NCBI GenBank assembly: GCA_951406725.2
Contig: OX597815.1
Coordinates: 30,690,001 to 30,754,000 of the forward strand
DNA from: Octopus vulgaris
Taxonomy: Eukaryota
DNA: 64,000 nucleotides
Reading direction: 5' to 3'
Position numbers and translations under genes: made by a program
Part shown: positions 12,039 through 26,010 of the stretch, piece after piece
How positions within the stretch are numbered: position 1 is the stretch's first letter
Layout of the letters: every line of letters starts with the position of its first letter
The notes under the pieces: model-generated
What the model was told of the DNA's origin: nothing
Seen by the model: the letters and a program-made list of their open reading frames with translations, nothing else
Database searches by the model: none

Positions 12039-12471
12039 GGATCTTTTCGGTTTGAACGGCAGTTTTTAACATAATTTCTAGGTAACTAAAAAATGTTAAA
12101 CTTCGTATACTGGTAGAATGTGCTTATAAAACATCTTTTTCTCTTGGCTTTATTGAGAAAATTCTATAATTTGTAAGATATTTGTGGGCTTTTTCTTCAA
12201 TTTCTGCAATTTCAACCAATCAATGACGTCCATCGAGGTAAAAAAAACATTCTGTACCATTGAGGTAAAAAAGACATTCTGTAAGAAACAGATTGGGTTT
12301 ATTTACATTTGCGATGTAAAAAAGATACCCTTCCCCCCACCCCTAACCCTAACCCTAATCCTAACCCTCAAGCAGATTGAAATGCAATAGATCGATACTA
12401 GGGTCATAATTATGGGTGACAATTTAATATGACACCGCTAGAAAAAACTGCCGTTCAAACCGAAAAGATCC
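12039..12471. mobile_element. MITE, probably Merlin superfamily, with internal (CCCTAA)n
   Basis: TIR ggatcttttcggtttgaacggcagttttt / aaaaactgccgttcaaaccgaaaagatcc. 8-bp TSD caagtaca at 12031-12038 and 12472-12479. GG termini. Confidence 0.9.
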
Positions 12472-13177
12472 CAAGTACATAGAAACATTCACATACGTAC
12501 TTGAATATCCGTTCCTTTTACAGATTTCAGTCGTTGGAGTGTGGTCATGTGAGGCCACAACGTTCACGGTTTTAGTTGATCATATCGCCTCCATTATTTA
12601 TTTGTTTACGATAAAAATTGTAGTGGCATGTTATTGGTCGATGCTCTAGGCTTCGGAATATAAAGTTATTAGATGTAAACAACATCGGTCAGTAGAACGG
12701 TGTACATACATAAATGCGTCCATATGAGCATAGATATGCATGTATAAATGAGTATGCATATATTTTAAAATCTAAATACATAATACATACATATATATAT
12801 ATATGTGTGTGTGTATGTGTGTGTGTGTGTGTGTGTGTCTATATAAATGTATAAGTATGTGTATATATTTGTATGTGCATATATATATATGTGTGTGTGT
12901 GCGTGTATTTGTTAATGCGTGTATGTCTGCGTTAATGTCAGAAACCTTAAATAAATAAATTAAATCCTAAATTAGGAAGCAAATAGCTTTTCCCTTATTG
13001 CTATTATTCTCTCCTAAAAATTCCTATTTCAGAAAACACTCCGAGGTGATACATTTATAGATGAAATATTAACATGTCAAAGAAAGGAAATACACTATTC
13101 TATAGAACTATTCTACTAAAACTGTATTTAAAATTAATCTCATATGTGTTGGGAGATGATGATCATAATAATAGCAC

Positions 13178-13340
<163 letters not shown>

Positions 13341-13908
13341 AATGCAAATAGGATAAGAATTTATTATGGCAACACAAAAACGTTTAATTATCAACAGAAT
13401 ATCTGTCATTCTGATGTCCAAAGTGATTTCTATTTCAGGACTGCCTATTGTTGTCCACTGAATAAGCCCGCCTATATTTTTATACTACTTATTAGAAATT
13501 CTTCAAATCATATTGATTTCTTTAGATGTCTATTTTCATAATTTCATCGTCTGTGTAGTGACATGTTTGCTACCTATGGGATGTATCAAGAGATGTTTTA
13601 TTGAAATGTATATCCGATACATTACAATGATTCACCTGAAGCTCACCAAGTTAGTGTTATATGACAAATGTTCTGATATAAACCGAGATTTCGTCATTGT
13701 TTTAATAGATTTTTGATATCTATGTACAGGTGAGACGAAAATTTGGTAGACATAGGGTGTTTAGATAACTTCCTTTTAAGTTCCTAGTTCAAATCCAGTC
13801 AATGCCGATTTTACATTTGCCCACTCCGGATCAAACAGGTATCAATTAAAATACTTAAGAATTAAATGCAAGGCGTTGTTCCTATATTAGGAGCTGATTT
13901 TGTTATAT

Positions 13909-14049
13909 CTAAAGGTGTGTGTGTATACATTCATCTTTGATGATTGTATTTACAAGCGAAACTCCAGATTAGGAAGATGTCTCGGCCAAAGGGGTACTCC
14001 TTTTTCCAATATTCAACAATAAACTTGCGTTAGTATATAAATACATAAA
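13909..14049 (+). mobile_element. Short retro-inserted element with 17-bp TSD
   Basis: agctgattttgttatat occurs at 13892-13908 and 14050-14066. A homologue lies at 7272-7365. Confidence 0.75.
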
Positions 14050-14363
14050 AGCTGATTTTGTTATATGGTACAGTGGAAATACTACACGAGATTTAGTGCA
14101 GTGCATTTATATTCTGACTTTTGTCTGTCATTAATTCGGAGTTGATTAGTAACAGAAACCAAAAACTATTTACGTATGATACATCATATATAAAATTCAA
14201 GATGCTGCTCTTCAGTTGGAAATAATCGGTTAAGAATAAAGTGTCTTCAACATAGACACAATGGTATCACAGTTATAGTGACAGCGTTCATTTGGTTCGC
14301 CATTAATCAATCGATAAAGTAATCAAAGATATATCGAGGTAATGACCATTGATAATATATTTT

Positions 14364-14609
14364 ATCTTTTACTTGTTTCAGTCATTAGACTGCAACCCTC
14401 TTGGGGCACTGCCTTAAAATTTTTTTCAGCTGAATGAATCGACCCCAGTACATATTTTTGAGCCTTGTACCTAATCTATCGGTCTTTTTGGCTGAACCAC
14501 AAAGTTACGGGGACGCAAAACTACCAACACCGGCTGTCAAGCGTTGATGGGGGAATAAACATAGACACAAAGACACACATATACATAAATACACACACAC
14601 ACATACATA

Positions 14610-14668
<59 letters not shown>

Positions 14669-14795
14669 CAGGGAACTTCTTTCAGTTTCTGTCTACTAAA
14701 TCCTCTCATAAGGATTTAGTTGGCCCAAGGCTCCACAGAATGGGAGTGAACCTGGGACCATGTGCTTGGGAAGCAAACATCTTATTCCACAACTT
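14364..14795 (-). mobile_element. SINE family A copy, diverged
   Basis: Reverse-complement homology to 949-1396. Confidence 0.8.
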
Positions 14796-15177
14796 CTTAC
14801 CATAATAGATTACAATTTTGAGTTCATTAAAACTAAACTATTTGTTTGTACCATAATATAGAAGGAAATTCTTAAAATATGTTCATGTGCTGAAATGTGG
14901 AGAGAATTTTCGCACTTTCTTGAAAGGTTTTCTTTCGCTGAAGAAATCTTTTTTCCTTTGAAGTAGAACTCTATTCAAATCAGCAGATTCGGTAATTTCC
15001 CCTCACTGCAGATAAGCTCATCTGATTTCAAACATGTTAATAACTGTTGTATGTTTTTTCTTTAACACAAACCACTACTGGTTTGCAGGGTGTCTAGTAC
15101 ATACACACACATACACACACACACACACGTACACGCACACGCATACAAACATACACCCCCCCCACACACATTATGTA

Positions 15178-15500
15178 TCTCTATATATGAAACTGAGAAT
15201 GTGTATCTGTCTGTCTGTGGGAATCCCTAAAACTTGAGAACTACACGACCAATGTCATTCAGATTTTACACATGCCTTACTTAGGGTCCATGTAGTGTCA
15301 TGGGCAAAAGAAAGTTTGACTTCTTGCCTAGGGAGAGCCCACAGCAATATCGTATTTTCTCCACTATTTCAGTATTGCGCAAAGACAGAGCTCGCAATTA
15401 CAGCGTCCGAGTAAGGTGGGTCCCTGTCAATATGAGAAATTTCCTTTCGGAGGTCGTAAAGACTCCAAAGGAAACAAGAGAGAGAGAGATGGCATTCTCT
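15178..15500 (+). mobile_element. 5' part of a non-autonomous Helitron-like element
   Basis: A|TCTCTATATAT start followed by (tctg)n and accaatgtcattcagattttacac, resembling the 5' ends at 20333 and 48140. Confidence 0.55.
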
Positions 15501-15529
15501 CTATCTTTGTAACTAAGCGAATGTATATG

Positions 15530-16562
15530 ATGCGTGAACATTTCGTTGAAGTCACCGGCTGTCATGCTCATGTAGTGTCTTATGATGCCGTCGGATGGTG
15601 TGAGAATGGCTCTGTAGACTACAGCCCTTAAGAGACAGCATTCTCTAAGACAGCAGCTCGTAAGGTTTCGAAAATTACAAGTTGGGGTTGGAGGTAGTGT
15701 GGGTGCATGTTTGCATATGTTGTAGCAGCTAATTTTAGAAGTAATGTTGTCTCAGTAGGTGTATCTCACCATGGCATTATGTGGATTGAAAAGCGTATAG
15801 TACCTATGGCTCCTCGGAAATACTTCTTAATCAAAGCCACCAAGGTCCTAGATACGTTTATCGGAACTTCTACGTTAAATGGAGAGTTGAATGAGATTAT
15901 CTTTCTCTTTCTGATCCTCTTCTAGTGCAAGGATAGAAGTTGAGAGCCCTCCATATATGCTTACTCAGAAAATAGGCTCCTCGCTAATGCCTCACTGTAG
16001 TGGTCAGCAGCCCTTTTCATTATCTGTCTATTAGCTGAAAGCTTAGATAGAATCTGGTAACACCGGAAGCTAAGTCTATTAATCGGACTTCTCCGGATGT
16101 ACATTCCTCGTTGGTCTTCTATAAGGGTAGTACTTGCCCATTTTCAGATCTTGAGTAACGTTTAGGAAGACCACCGTAGTGAAGTTATGAACAGGCCAAA
16201 TTCTTTGAATATCTTTAACCCGTCCTCTCTAAATTATCTTTGATGTGGTCGATCACATGACATGAGAATGCCTGGCCGACGTTCATGTAAAGGGCTTACC
16301 TGAGTGAGTGTATGTATTTCTGCAGGGTATATAAGATCAATAACCCGATAATCTCAGCCCCGTTGTATCTTCCTGTAGAACCGTTGAACATTAGTTCGCA
16401 GTTTTTCTTCACCCAGAAGGTATCGTCCTAAACCGGGATTGACTTTCTGGTGTTCATGATGAGTATGGCATCGAAATCGCTGATATTGTATTGAATTGCC
16501 TAGTAAAATTCAGGGTCTTCAAGAGAAGAGGTTTCTATGTAAAAGGGCAGAAGTTCACGTTG
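15530..16562 (-). pseudogene. Decayed Penelope-like RT plus GIY-YIG endonuclease
   Basis: Minus-strand fragments: FWVKKNCELMFNGSTGRYNGAEIIGLLILYTL (cf. WVKK..FDV.MGSYDGAE); GKYYPYRRPT; RKRKIISFNSPFNVEVPINVSRTLVALIKKYF (cf. RNIIWFNPPF). Then a Cys-rich linker and VVYRA of the GIY-YIG domain. Many frameshifts. Confidence 0.8.
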
Positions 16563-18419
16563 TATATACACACACACACACACATACACATACATACACA
16601 CATATACACACACACAGGCACACACACACAGGCACACACACACATGCACACACACACACGCGTACACATTGCGTCTTTATATGTAAAACATTGCGCCAGT
16701 GTGGACTCAGAACAATGATTAGAACAAGTAACAGACTACCTAAAAAGTTTATGAGACATTTGTTTACTATAAATGCCTCCTTTTCCATGTAGAGCATTGA
16801 TTGTATGCCAGCCAAGTGAAGCTTATTCCTCTCTACGCTTTTTACTACAAAAAGGGACAGTATGTAAAATGAAAAACCCATAACAAGAAAACTGATCTGT
16901 TTCACAACTCAGGCCCTTTTAATAGGCAAACACAAAAGGTCATTTTAAATCCCACATAATTTCTGACAATTGGGATAAAAATCTCTAAAATCTAATTTGA
17001 TAGTAAGAAGAAAGTTTTCTCATCTTTTCTGAACAGAACATTTATTTCTATAAACATAGTGTAACTCTATCAGTTTATCAAATCTTTATTATTTCTCTAT
17101 ATTCTCTATAGTTCGGGAAAGAAGAAAACCAGATTCATATAACTATTGGGTCACTGTCAGTAACCACTGAAATGATTCTGTGACTTTATTTTAGCTTTTG
17201 ATGACAATTCATTTCCATCCGATTGCGAAAGACACATGCATGTTTCAAAATCTCATTCTTCTTTCTTCGTTATCTTACTCTGTGTTCTTGTCAAAAAGAA
17301 GCAATCACATTTTCTTTATCAAATTTATTTATAAACGACTTGTAAGTTGTGCTAATATTTATCTGATTGCTATGGAGTTGATCAAGATATACTCGCTGTG
17401 TTATGTTGATGCTTCTTAATACCATTAAATGGGAGAAATTATATTTTCACACCAGAAACCGTCATTGTTTCATACATTGTAACCGTGTCAACCAGAATTG
17501 TCAATTACTTATAAATGTTATAACGCTCCATAAAATTCCATCTTATTTTACGATATTTTAAAAAATCTTTCTCATTTATTGACAAAGAATAATGAACTTA
17601 AAAATAAGAATTGAAAATAGTTTTAGACACGAAAAATGCATTCTTGAAAAAATTTATAACATATTCGAACAAAAATGCGCAATAAATAAAAGGCAAAATA
17701 TTTCAGAATAATCGCGATAAAAGGGTGGACATGTCAGCGATAACGGTATAAGAATTATTGTGGCTTTCTTTGTTTGAAAACTCAGCAAGTTATTTACTGT
17801 ATTTGCATTCCCTGTGTCACTAACTGGAGTGTATCCCATTTATTATAGACTCCATTGCATTCTAGTTCTCTTCTAACATGTCCTGAATCTGACACGCAGG
17901 ATACAATAGATCCGATAAGAATTGACTATAGGTTAATCGCAGTGAAAGGCCTCTAACTATATTTTACAAGCATATCTCTTCAACACTTGAAGAAAAATTT
18001 AAGAATGCAATTGTTAGAGTTTATTTGATTTATGCCTTGTGCCATTTCTTCTTTGAGGAAGTATTTTCTATAATTCATCCATTTCTTGGATTGAGGTGAT
18101 TCGAGAGATACAAAATTAAGTGTTAGGAATTGTTTTAATTAGCTGTCTCTCAGCAATTATTCGCTTATTCCATTGACAAATATATATGAGTGAAAGATGC
18201 CACAGCTGTCGTGTAATACTTTCATCTTACACAATGCAAATATATACGTATCAGTTTAAAGTAGAGACTTCACAGGCTGTGTCTGTGGGGGAAAAATATA
18301 TATTTTGTCTGAATGGGAAAATAATGTGTACACACACTGAGGTCAAATGCTATGCAACATGGAACAAAAAGAAGGGGTACGTGCAAAAATATGTTCTAGG
18401 AATATGAATCAGTGAAACT

Positions 18420-18424
18420 GTTTA

Positions 18425-18498
<74 letters not shown>

Positions 18499-18665
18499 CG
18501 TGTTATATATATATATGGTAAAAATATATACTCACACATACATATACATATATATGTGCATATGTATATATATATACGTATATATATGTATATATACATG
18601 TATGTATATATGTTTGTATGTATGTATATATGTATATATATGTATGTATATATGTATATATATAA

Positions 18666-18748
<83 letters not shown>

Positions 18749-18770
18749 CGTATGTATATGTACATGTATA
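18420..18770. repeat. Compound (TA)n/(TATG)n microsatellite
   Basis: Read directly. Confidence 0.95.
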
Positions 18771-19239
18771 TTCAATGAGAAAGAAAGAGAGAAAAGGAAA
18801 GACATTTCTACATATATACGTATCTGCATAGATTGCTTATATATATTTGCTCTCTAAATACACGTGCACCCACACACGTACACTTGCACATATACACACA
18901 TAACATCAGGAATTTAGCAAAATAATAATTTCAATGCTCGGAATATTCTTTTATTGACGACACAGCCCTTAGTTACAAATGCTTACAGTAATGATGTATG
19001 ATGTATGCGTTAAATTTCTAACTCATGGTTCATACTTTGTGAACTGCAACAAATAAATATAACATTATTTCTTATATTACAAACTAGTATTGTTAATTAG
19101 AGAAACTATTGCACCTATTTAGGTTGTGTTACGTTGTCGATATGAACTTATGAAAACTGCAACTAAATGTATCGTTACAATAACCATAATCTGTCAGCGA
19201 TTGTATGTATGTGTGTATATATGCATGTATGTATGTATG

Positions 19240-19460
19240 CTCTTTTACTCTTTTACTCTTTAACTTGTTTCAGTCATTTGACTGTGGCCATGCTGGAGCA
19301 CCGCCTTTAGTCGAGCAAATCGACCCCAATACTTATTCTTCGTAAGCCTAGTGCTTATTGTATCGGTGTCTTTTGCTGAACCGCTAAGTTACGGGGACGT
19401 AAACACACCAGCATCGGTTGTCATGCGATGTTGGGGGGACAAACACAGACACACAAACAT

Positions 19461-19531
<71 letters not shown>

Positions 19532-19685
19532 TACGACGGGCTTCTGTATCAAATCCTCTCACAAAGCTTTGTTCGGCCCGAGGCTATAGTAGAAGACACT
19601 TGCCCAAGGTGCCATGCAGTGGGACTGAACCCGGAACCATGTGGTTCATAAGCAAGCTATTTACCACACAGCCACTCCAATGCCT
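19240..19685 (-). mobile_element. SINE family A copy
   Basis: Reverse-complement homology, with internal (CA)n(TA)n. Confidence 0.9.
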
Positions 19686-19707
19686 ATATATATGCATATA
19701 TATATAT

Positions 19708-20008
19708 ATATATTAGAAGAAATGAGGTAATCAGAAGATCGGATGGTTTATATTTACAGATATTTATTTATATATTACATTTTTACATATATATCATATC
19801 ATTTAGATCATTAGCGCTTTCTCCCATTTCTCCCAAGCTACATAATGTAAACCCCACTGGAATCGGAGAAAGCGCTAATGATCTAAATGATATGATATAT
19901 ATGTAAAAAATGTAATATATAAATAAATATCTGTACATATAAACCATCCGATCTTCTGATTACATCATTTCTTCTAATATATAATACCTGAACATCATCT
20001 CCAAACTT

Positions 20009-20015
<7 letters not shown>
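19708..20015 (+). mobile_element. Fold-back PLE terminal-repeat remnant in (TA)n
   Basis: Arms 19708-19824 and 19865-19983 are near-perfect inverted repeats around a 40-nt spacer. GAAA-GCGC-TA lies at the start of the right arm. Confidence 0.7.
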
Positions 20016-20056
<41 letters not shown>

Positions 20057-20140
20057 CATATATTTGTAGGCACCTGGGTGTGTGTATGTATATATGTATA
20101 TGTGTATAAGATCTAAAATATCGAGTGGATATTGACGAAG

Positions 20141-20293
20141 ATTACATCTGGTCCGTTGATACCATTACGAAACAGTCCTAAGAAAATATCTTAGTGAAAT
20201 AATCGTATATGATTATTGATATTGGTAAGCAAAATTCAAATTATCGAGGTTAACTAATACAAGTTGCTATTCATACGATAAACAATATTTAGG
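20141..20293 (+). repeat. 153-bp dispersed direct repeat, copy 1 (copy 2 at 24301-24453)
   Basis: attacatctggt.cgttgatacc.ttacgaaacagtcctaag...aacaatatttagg is colinear in both copies, with scattered substitutions. Confidence 0.9.
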
Positions 20294-20332
20294 TTGTTGG
20301 CATATTTAAAGCACTCAGCATTGCATACCAAA

Positions 20333-20714
20333 TCTCTCTATATATGAAGCTGAAGTTGTCTGTGTATGGCAGGTTTGGTAGCCTTCAACTAACACTATCT
20401 CCTCCGAGACCCTGCAGCGCAAAGTGACCAAAATTGAGAATATAATAGAACAAAGCTTGCTCTTCCTTCCGTAGAAGAAAAACTTCAAATCGGACCATGT
20501 TAAGACCAAAAATTATTTAAATCAAAAAAGGTGCTTTTTTTCTATGAAAATCCCTATTTTTTACGATTTCTTGACTGCTGTGTCTCCATTTTTCTCGTTA
20601 TTTCAACCAGAAAAAAGAAAATAACAAGCTACATAATGCAAAATTTTTACTTTTCAAAAATTCCAATTCTAAAGGATCGAAAGAAACCCGAGCAACGCCG
20701 GGCGACACTGCTAG
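20333..20714 (+). mobile_element. Non-autonomous Helitron
   Basis: A|TC 5' end, subterminal hairpin cccg-agcaacgc-cggg, and CTAG|T 3' end. No TSD. Confidence 0.85.
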
Positions 20715-20971
20715 TTAGAAATATTTCCGTTTTAATGAAGAAACATTATCTGAATAAGAAATATTATTACATTCATTTCATATATGCAGAAAAGAGTAGC
20801 CCAGTACTTCCATAGCTCATATCAAATCTCAGCAGCAAACACTTCTTAGTGGTTTTTATAACAGTACTTTGTTTTGAGGATTGATAAAGCTTAAACTGGC
20901 CCAGTGTAACTTCACGTATTTTCGAAATGATTAAAGTAATGTTGCATTTCTTTCATCTCATAAGTAGTTTT

Positions 20972-21410
20972 GGGTCTTTTCGGTTTGAACGGCAGTTTTT
21001 AACATAATTTCTAGGTAACTAAAAAATTTTAAACTTTGTATACTGGTAGAATGTGTTTATAAAACATCTTTTTCTCTTGCCTTTATTGAGAAAATTCTAT
21101 AGTTTGTAAGATATTTGTGGTTTTTTTACTTCAATTTCTGCAATTTCAACCAATTACTGCCGTCTATTGAGGTAAAAAACATTCTGTGCCGTATGAATAT
21201 GTCCCTCGTTTAAGAAACAGATTGGGTTAATTTACATTTGTGAAGAAAAAAAGATACCCTTCCCCCCACCCCTAACCCTAACCCTAACCCTAACTAACCC
21301 TAACCCTAAAACAGATTGAAATGCAATAGATCGATACTAGGGTCATAATTATGGGTGAACATCTTATATGACACCGCTAGAAAAAACTGCCGTTCAAACC
21401 GAAAAGATCC
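20972..21410. mobile_element. Merlin-like MITE, copy 2, with (CCCTAA)n
   Basis: Same TIRs as 12039-12471. 8-bp TSD gtagtttt at 20964-20971 and 21411-21418. Confidence 0.9.
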
Positions 21411-22155
21411 GTAGTTTTCATTAAATATTTTAATTTTCACTGCTTTAAATATATTAAGACCAAAAATGTTATATAAGCAATTTAACGAAATAGAGATGTA
21501 TCACTGGATTGCATCGAAGCTGAGCAACCTTTTCGTTATTGAACCAGTATATTCTTTCTAACGGCTAAATGAACAGAAAATTATTTTAGAGCTAGGCTAA
21601 GAATATATTCTTACATAGATTTAATTAAATACCAAATGTAGTTTTTAAGAGAAAAGTGTTTAGCTAAATTATTGGTTCAAAACATTAAAAAAGAAATACA
21701 AAGCGAAGTTAAAAGTTATTGGTTAAATGTCGCAACTGCCATTAGCCAAACAATTAATGCAAATAAAATGACTTTCAGTTTTAAGATGAAATTTGTGTTG
21801 TAAATCAGTCAGAAGCGAAATACACGGACTATTAATAACGTATAAGAAACAAACAGTAATAAATTTATAAAAGTCAGCGATTTCGAAAACTAAATTTAGC
21901 AAGTACATTTCATTCCAATTAAAATATATGAAACTATATATGAATCAAGTGGTGAAGCAAAATTCATTTATTTCAAGAATCATTTTGAAATAAGTCAGCG
22001 AAAGAATCAAAATACCACAGGATATAAATACTAATTATAAAATAAGTAATATGCACATTAGCAGGTATCTGCATATCTCTGTGATCATACATGCTCGAAC
22101 AGATCATATAATCACTCTGGCAATCCGATTACATAAATTTTCAACACTTACTGCA

Positions 22156-22191
<36 letters not shown>

Positions 22192-22243
22192 AATCCTGTG
22201 TACGTAGGAGTATGCATATAATCTTCCGCATGTATCGTGATGT

Positions 22244-22284
<41 letters not shown>

Positions 22285-22788
22285 CGTGCATGTGTGCTTC
22301 CTATACATTATAGGTAATTACTATTTACATTCTGGGGTTTGTTCATATTTCTGGAATAACTTGCATCTGATACTGAACATGCTAAACCGTTGTTGCGGTA
22401 CCCTAACAACTGGTGGTTAAGTAAATGCTAACTTTCCTATAATTCTCTTGAGAAATACATGACTATACTTATTCGAGTCTATAGATGTTATGATGGACGA
22501 CAGTGGCATTTATCATTATCATTGTATTGTCCCAACAAGACTAGTATTGATCCCGTGGTCTTTCTATATGAAATAAAATGTTTCGAAAATTGAGGTACCC
22601 TAGGGAAGAGTTACAAATAAATAAATAAACAAATGACATGACTATTCTTCAAACATTGAAACTCTATTGCTTCCAACATGGCTGTGAGTACTACATCATA
22701 AATACAATGGGAGAATATATACCACCTGCATTAACCAAATGACATTATGATTTATACGCATACACACACACATACATACATACATACA

Positions 22789-22873
<85 letters not shown>

Positions 22874-23149
22874 CAACAATTGAGGGTAAAATTAATTAAT
22901 TAGTAATCAATTTCACCAAGTGTTCAGTATGCAAAGGGACCATTTAAGGCGAATTCAAATTATTACATTATATAAAAGGGCTTAGTAAAATAAATTACTT
23001 TGCCGCATACTGAACTCATTAGAAATAGCAGCTAAAACACTTTTTAAAAACTATTTCTAATACTTAAAGAAAACCTCTCTCATATAGTGTTTGCTCAATT
23101 CAGCCCACGAAAGTATGGGGGTAAAGACATCAAAAAATCAAATGCAAAG

Positions 23150-23185
<36 letters not shown>

Positions 23186-23679
23186 GCGTGTTTATACACA
23201 CACACATATTTATACGCTCGTTTAAGTTATGTAAAACGTTAAGATTGGCTTGGAAACATATGTAGTACGGATTTACCTTCATTATTCTCTACACTTTTTA
23301 ATTTATAATCGCATAATAAGGAATCTTCGTTGCTAAACGGTGATTTGTATTTTTGTAGCTATCTTATCGAAATTTCTAACGAAATCGAAATGGGCCTAAG
23401 TGTATAACATACGTTGACTAATGTACGTGCTGATCAAGTAATATCCGCTTTCTACCATTTATACAAGTCGTATATATGCTTGACGTTTGCTAACTATCTT
23501 TATAAAGATCGGCTGTCCCTTATAGCTCGACATTATCTGTTCTTGTTCAGTCGCCATCTATAGCAGATTGGTATACGCGTGACAAGTCATGCTCTTGATC
23601 TACTGCAGCGATGACAACTGCTGCGAGTAAATGTACTGTAGAAGTGACGCCTCTCATGTACTCTTTCTTATTCCTTGTA

Positions 23680-23985
23680 TTGTTTCTTCTCAATGATTGG
23701 AATTAGGAACTTCAGCAATCGGTGCCATTCGTCGCTCTGTAGGGCCTTTTCCTACCAGGTATCTATGGAGTTGCCGGAGTTCTTCATATGTCTCTGCAGC
23801 ACGTCCCTGTATCGCAACCTCTGGTCACCACGACTTCGCTTGATCCGACGTAGTTCATGATAGAAAACTGCAATTGGGAACCTACCGTCTTACATCCTGG
23901 AAACGTGTACCGCGCAACGCAGCTGCGGTGAGATAATGAAGGTTTCAATACTAACAGCGGCAGCGTAGCGCAGAACCTCTTAATC
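23680..23985 (-). mobile_element. RTE-clade LINE 3' fragment
   Basis: Minus strand reads EVLRYAAAVSIETFIISPQLRCAVHVSRM*DGRFPIAVFYHELRRIKRSRGDQRLRYRDVLQRHMK (cf. QLRWAGHV.RM...R.PK..LYGEL). Confidence 0.85.
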
Positions 23986-24300
23986 AGTTTTAATAAATAT
24001 GTAAATCATACCAGAACGGTCTTACGAGTGCACAAAGTAACAATTGTATGGAACTTCTCAGTTCTTTGAAAATATATAATTTGTATCTTAGTTTTCTTTA
24101 AAGAAGGATTCTTTGCCGTAACAGTAAGAATAGAACGGAACCACGTTTTATTGATATCGGGAAATCTGAGCGGTTATAAGTTTAATATTTAGGAAGGATT
24201 TAATAAAGCATTTCAATTAAATAAGATTACCCTTCACATCAGAAAGTAACACTCCTATATTAACTTATACTTCAAAACTTGGTATAAATTATGTTAGGCT

Positions 24301-24453
24301 ATTACATCTGGTTCGTTGATACCTTTACGAAACAGTCCTAAGAAGATATCTTACTGAAATGATCGTATATGATTGTTGATAGTGGTAAGCAAAATTCAAA
24401 TCATCGAGGTTAACTAATACGAGTTTCTATTCATACAATAAACAATATTTAGG
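24301..24453 (+). repeat. 153-bp dispersed direct repeat, copy 2
   Basis: See 20141-20293. Confidence 0.9.
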
Positions 24454-25329
24454 CTAAATATAGGCTAAATGAAAAACATTCTTTATACAAATATATATTC
24501 TAAAAACTTGTACCTAATATTAGTTGGCGTACATCTACGTACAACATATGTGGATGATATCAGCTTTGACGTGCTTCCTAACTAACAAAACTCTTGTGAT
24601 GCAACCGTACTTCAATTGCACGGATGTGAAACCAAAGGCTTTAAGTCTATATGAACATGAATCCAGATATGTTCTGGCCTTTTATAGCTTTTATAATACG
24701 TAAAAAAAAAAAGATTTGTTTCGACTGGACGTCTTATTTGCAAAATATTGCCTTCACATATTTTAGATTTCGTGACCTCTTTTGAGAAATCTTTATCATA
24801 ATTTACATTATAAATATATGTGAACATATAACGTTTGTCTATGTATATGAATAGTGCGCTAATTTCGTGTTCATGTGTATGCGCGCGCATGTATGTATGT
24901 GGCATATATGTATACAAATGAATGTGCATGTAAACGTGAGCCTGTCTTATGAAAATATATGCGCATGTTTTTGTATGAATGTATGTATGCATTACATATG
25001 TATGTATCAACGAATGCCTTTGCGCACGCGGGCGCGCGTATGTTAGAGAGAGAGAAAGAAAGAAATATATATATATATAATCAGAATGGATTGTAATACA
25101 GTCATTCATTTCTTTCCTCTATAGTGATAACCTCCACTTCCAGTCTTTACAAATCATGTCACCTTGGTTTCGAAGCGATTTTTAATTGAACAAAATATTT
25201 TACATTATTTTATAAATTCAGTGCATTCACATGCATATTCTATGGCTGCGGCAAGAATTATATGGATAATTATATGAATGAATATGTGTGCGTACTTCTC
25301 GATTTGTATATGGAGATTCAACACACACA

Positions 25330-25413
<84 letters not shown>

Positions 25414-25503
25414 CATATATATATCGGGAGGTTTTCCTACATATACAAATGTATATATACATGTACATATACATACATATATACATATATATATATATAC
25501 ATA

Positions 25504-25667
25504 CAATTGCAGCGTGGAAGGTCTTAAATTAAAATTTAAATGTTGAAGTGAATATAACGGATTTCGTGTGTCTCTTAAATGACTTATAAACACTTTCCAC
25601 GCTGCAACTGTTTTCGTTCCAGAACACAATCTCACATCAGGTCACTTGCTATGCAAGTAAATCTCCC
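25504..25667 (+). mobile_element. PLE terminal-repeat remnant with short inverted 5' arm
   Basis: 25504-25522 is inverted relative to 25592-25610. 25526-25667 is a reverse-complement homologue of 63771-63910. Flanked by (TA)n. Confidence 0.7.
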
Positions 25668-25681
25668 TATATCTATCTATC

Positions 25682-25730
<49 letters not shown>

Positions 25731-25771
25731 TATGAAGATATGCATGTGTATGTGTGTCTTTATATGTTTGT

Positions 25772-26010
25772 GTGGAGACACGTAACTTAGTGCTTAGGGT
25801 GATGCACTCGTGATTGTAAGATGGGTGGTTTCGATTCCTGGAACGGGTGATGCGTATTGTTCTTGTGCGAAACATTTCGTTCCAAGTTGCTCCATTTAAC
25901 TCAACTGGAAAAAAATGTGTAAACGTAGCGACAGACCGACGTCCCGGTGAGGAAGGAATATAAAATGCCACATAATCCGGGAAATCAACCTTATATATTA
26001 TAACTCGGGA
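25772..26010 (+). mobile_element. tRNA-derived SINE, family C (Meta-SINE-like), diverged
   Basis: gtggagacacgtaacttagtg (A box), ggtttcgattcc (B box), then tgttcttgtgcgaaacattt...gttgctcca...actcaactg. Confidence 0.65.
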
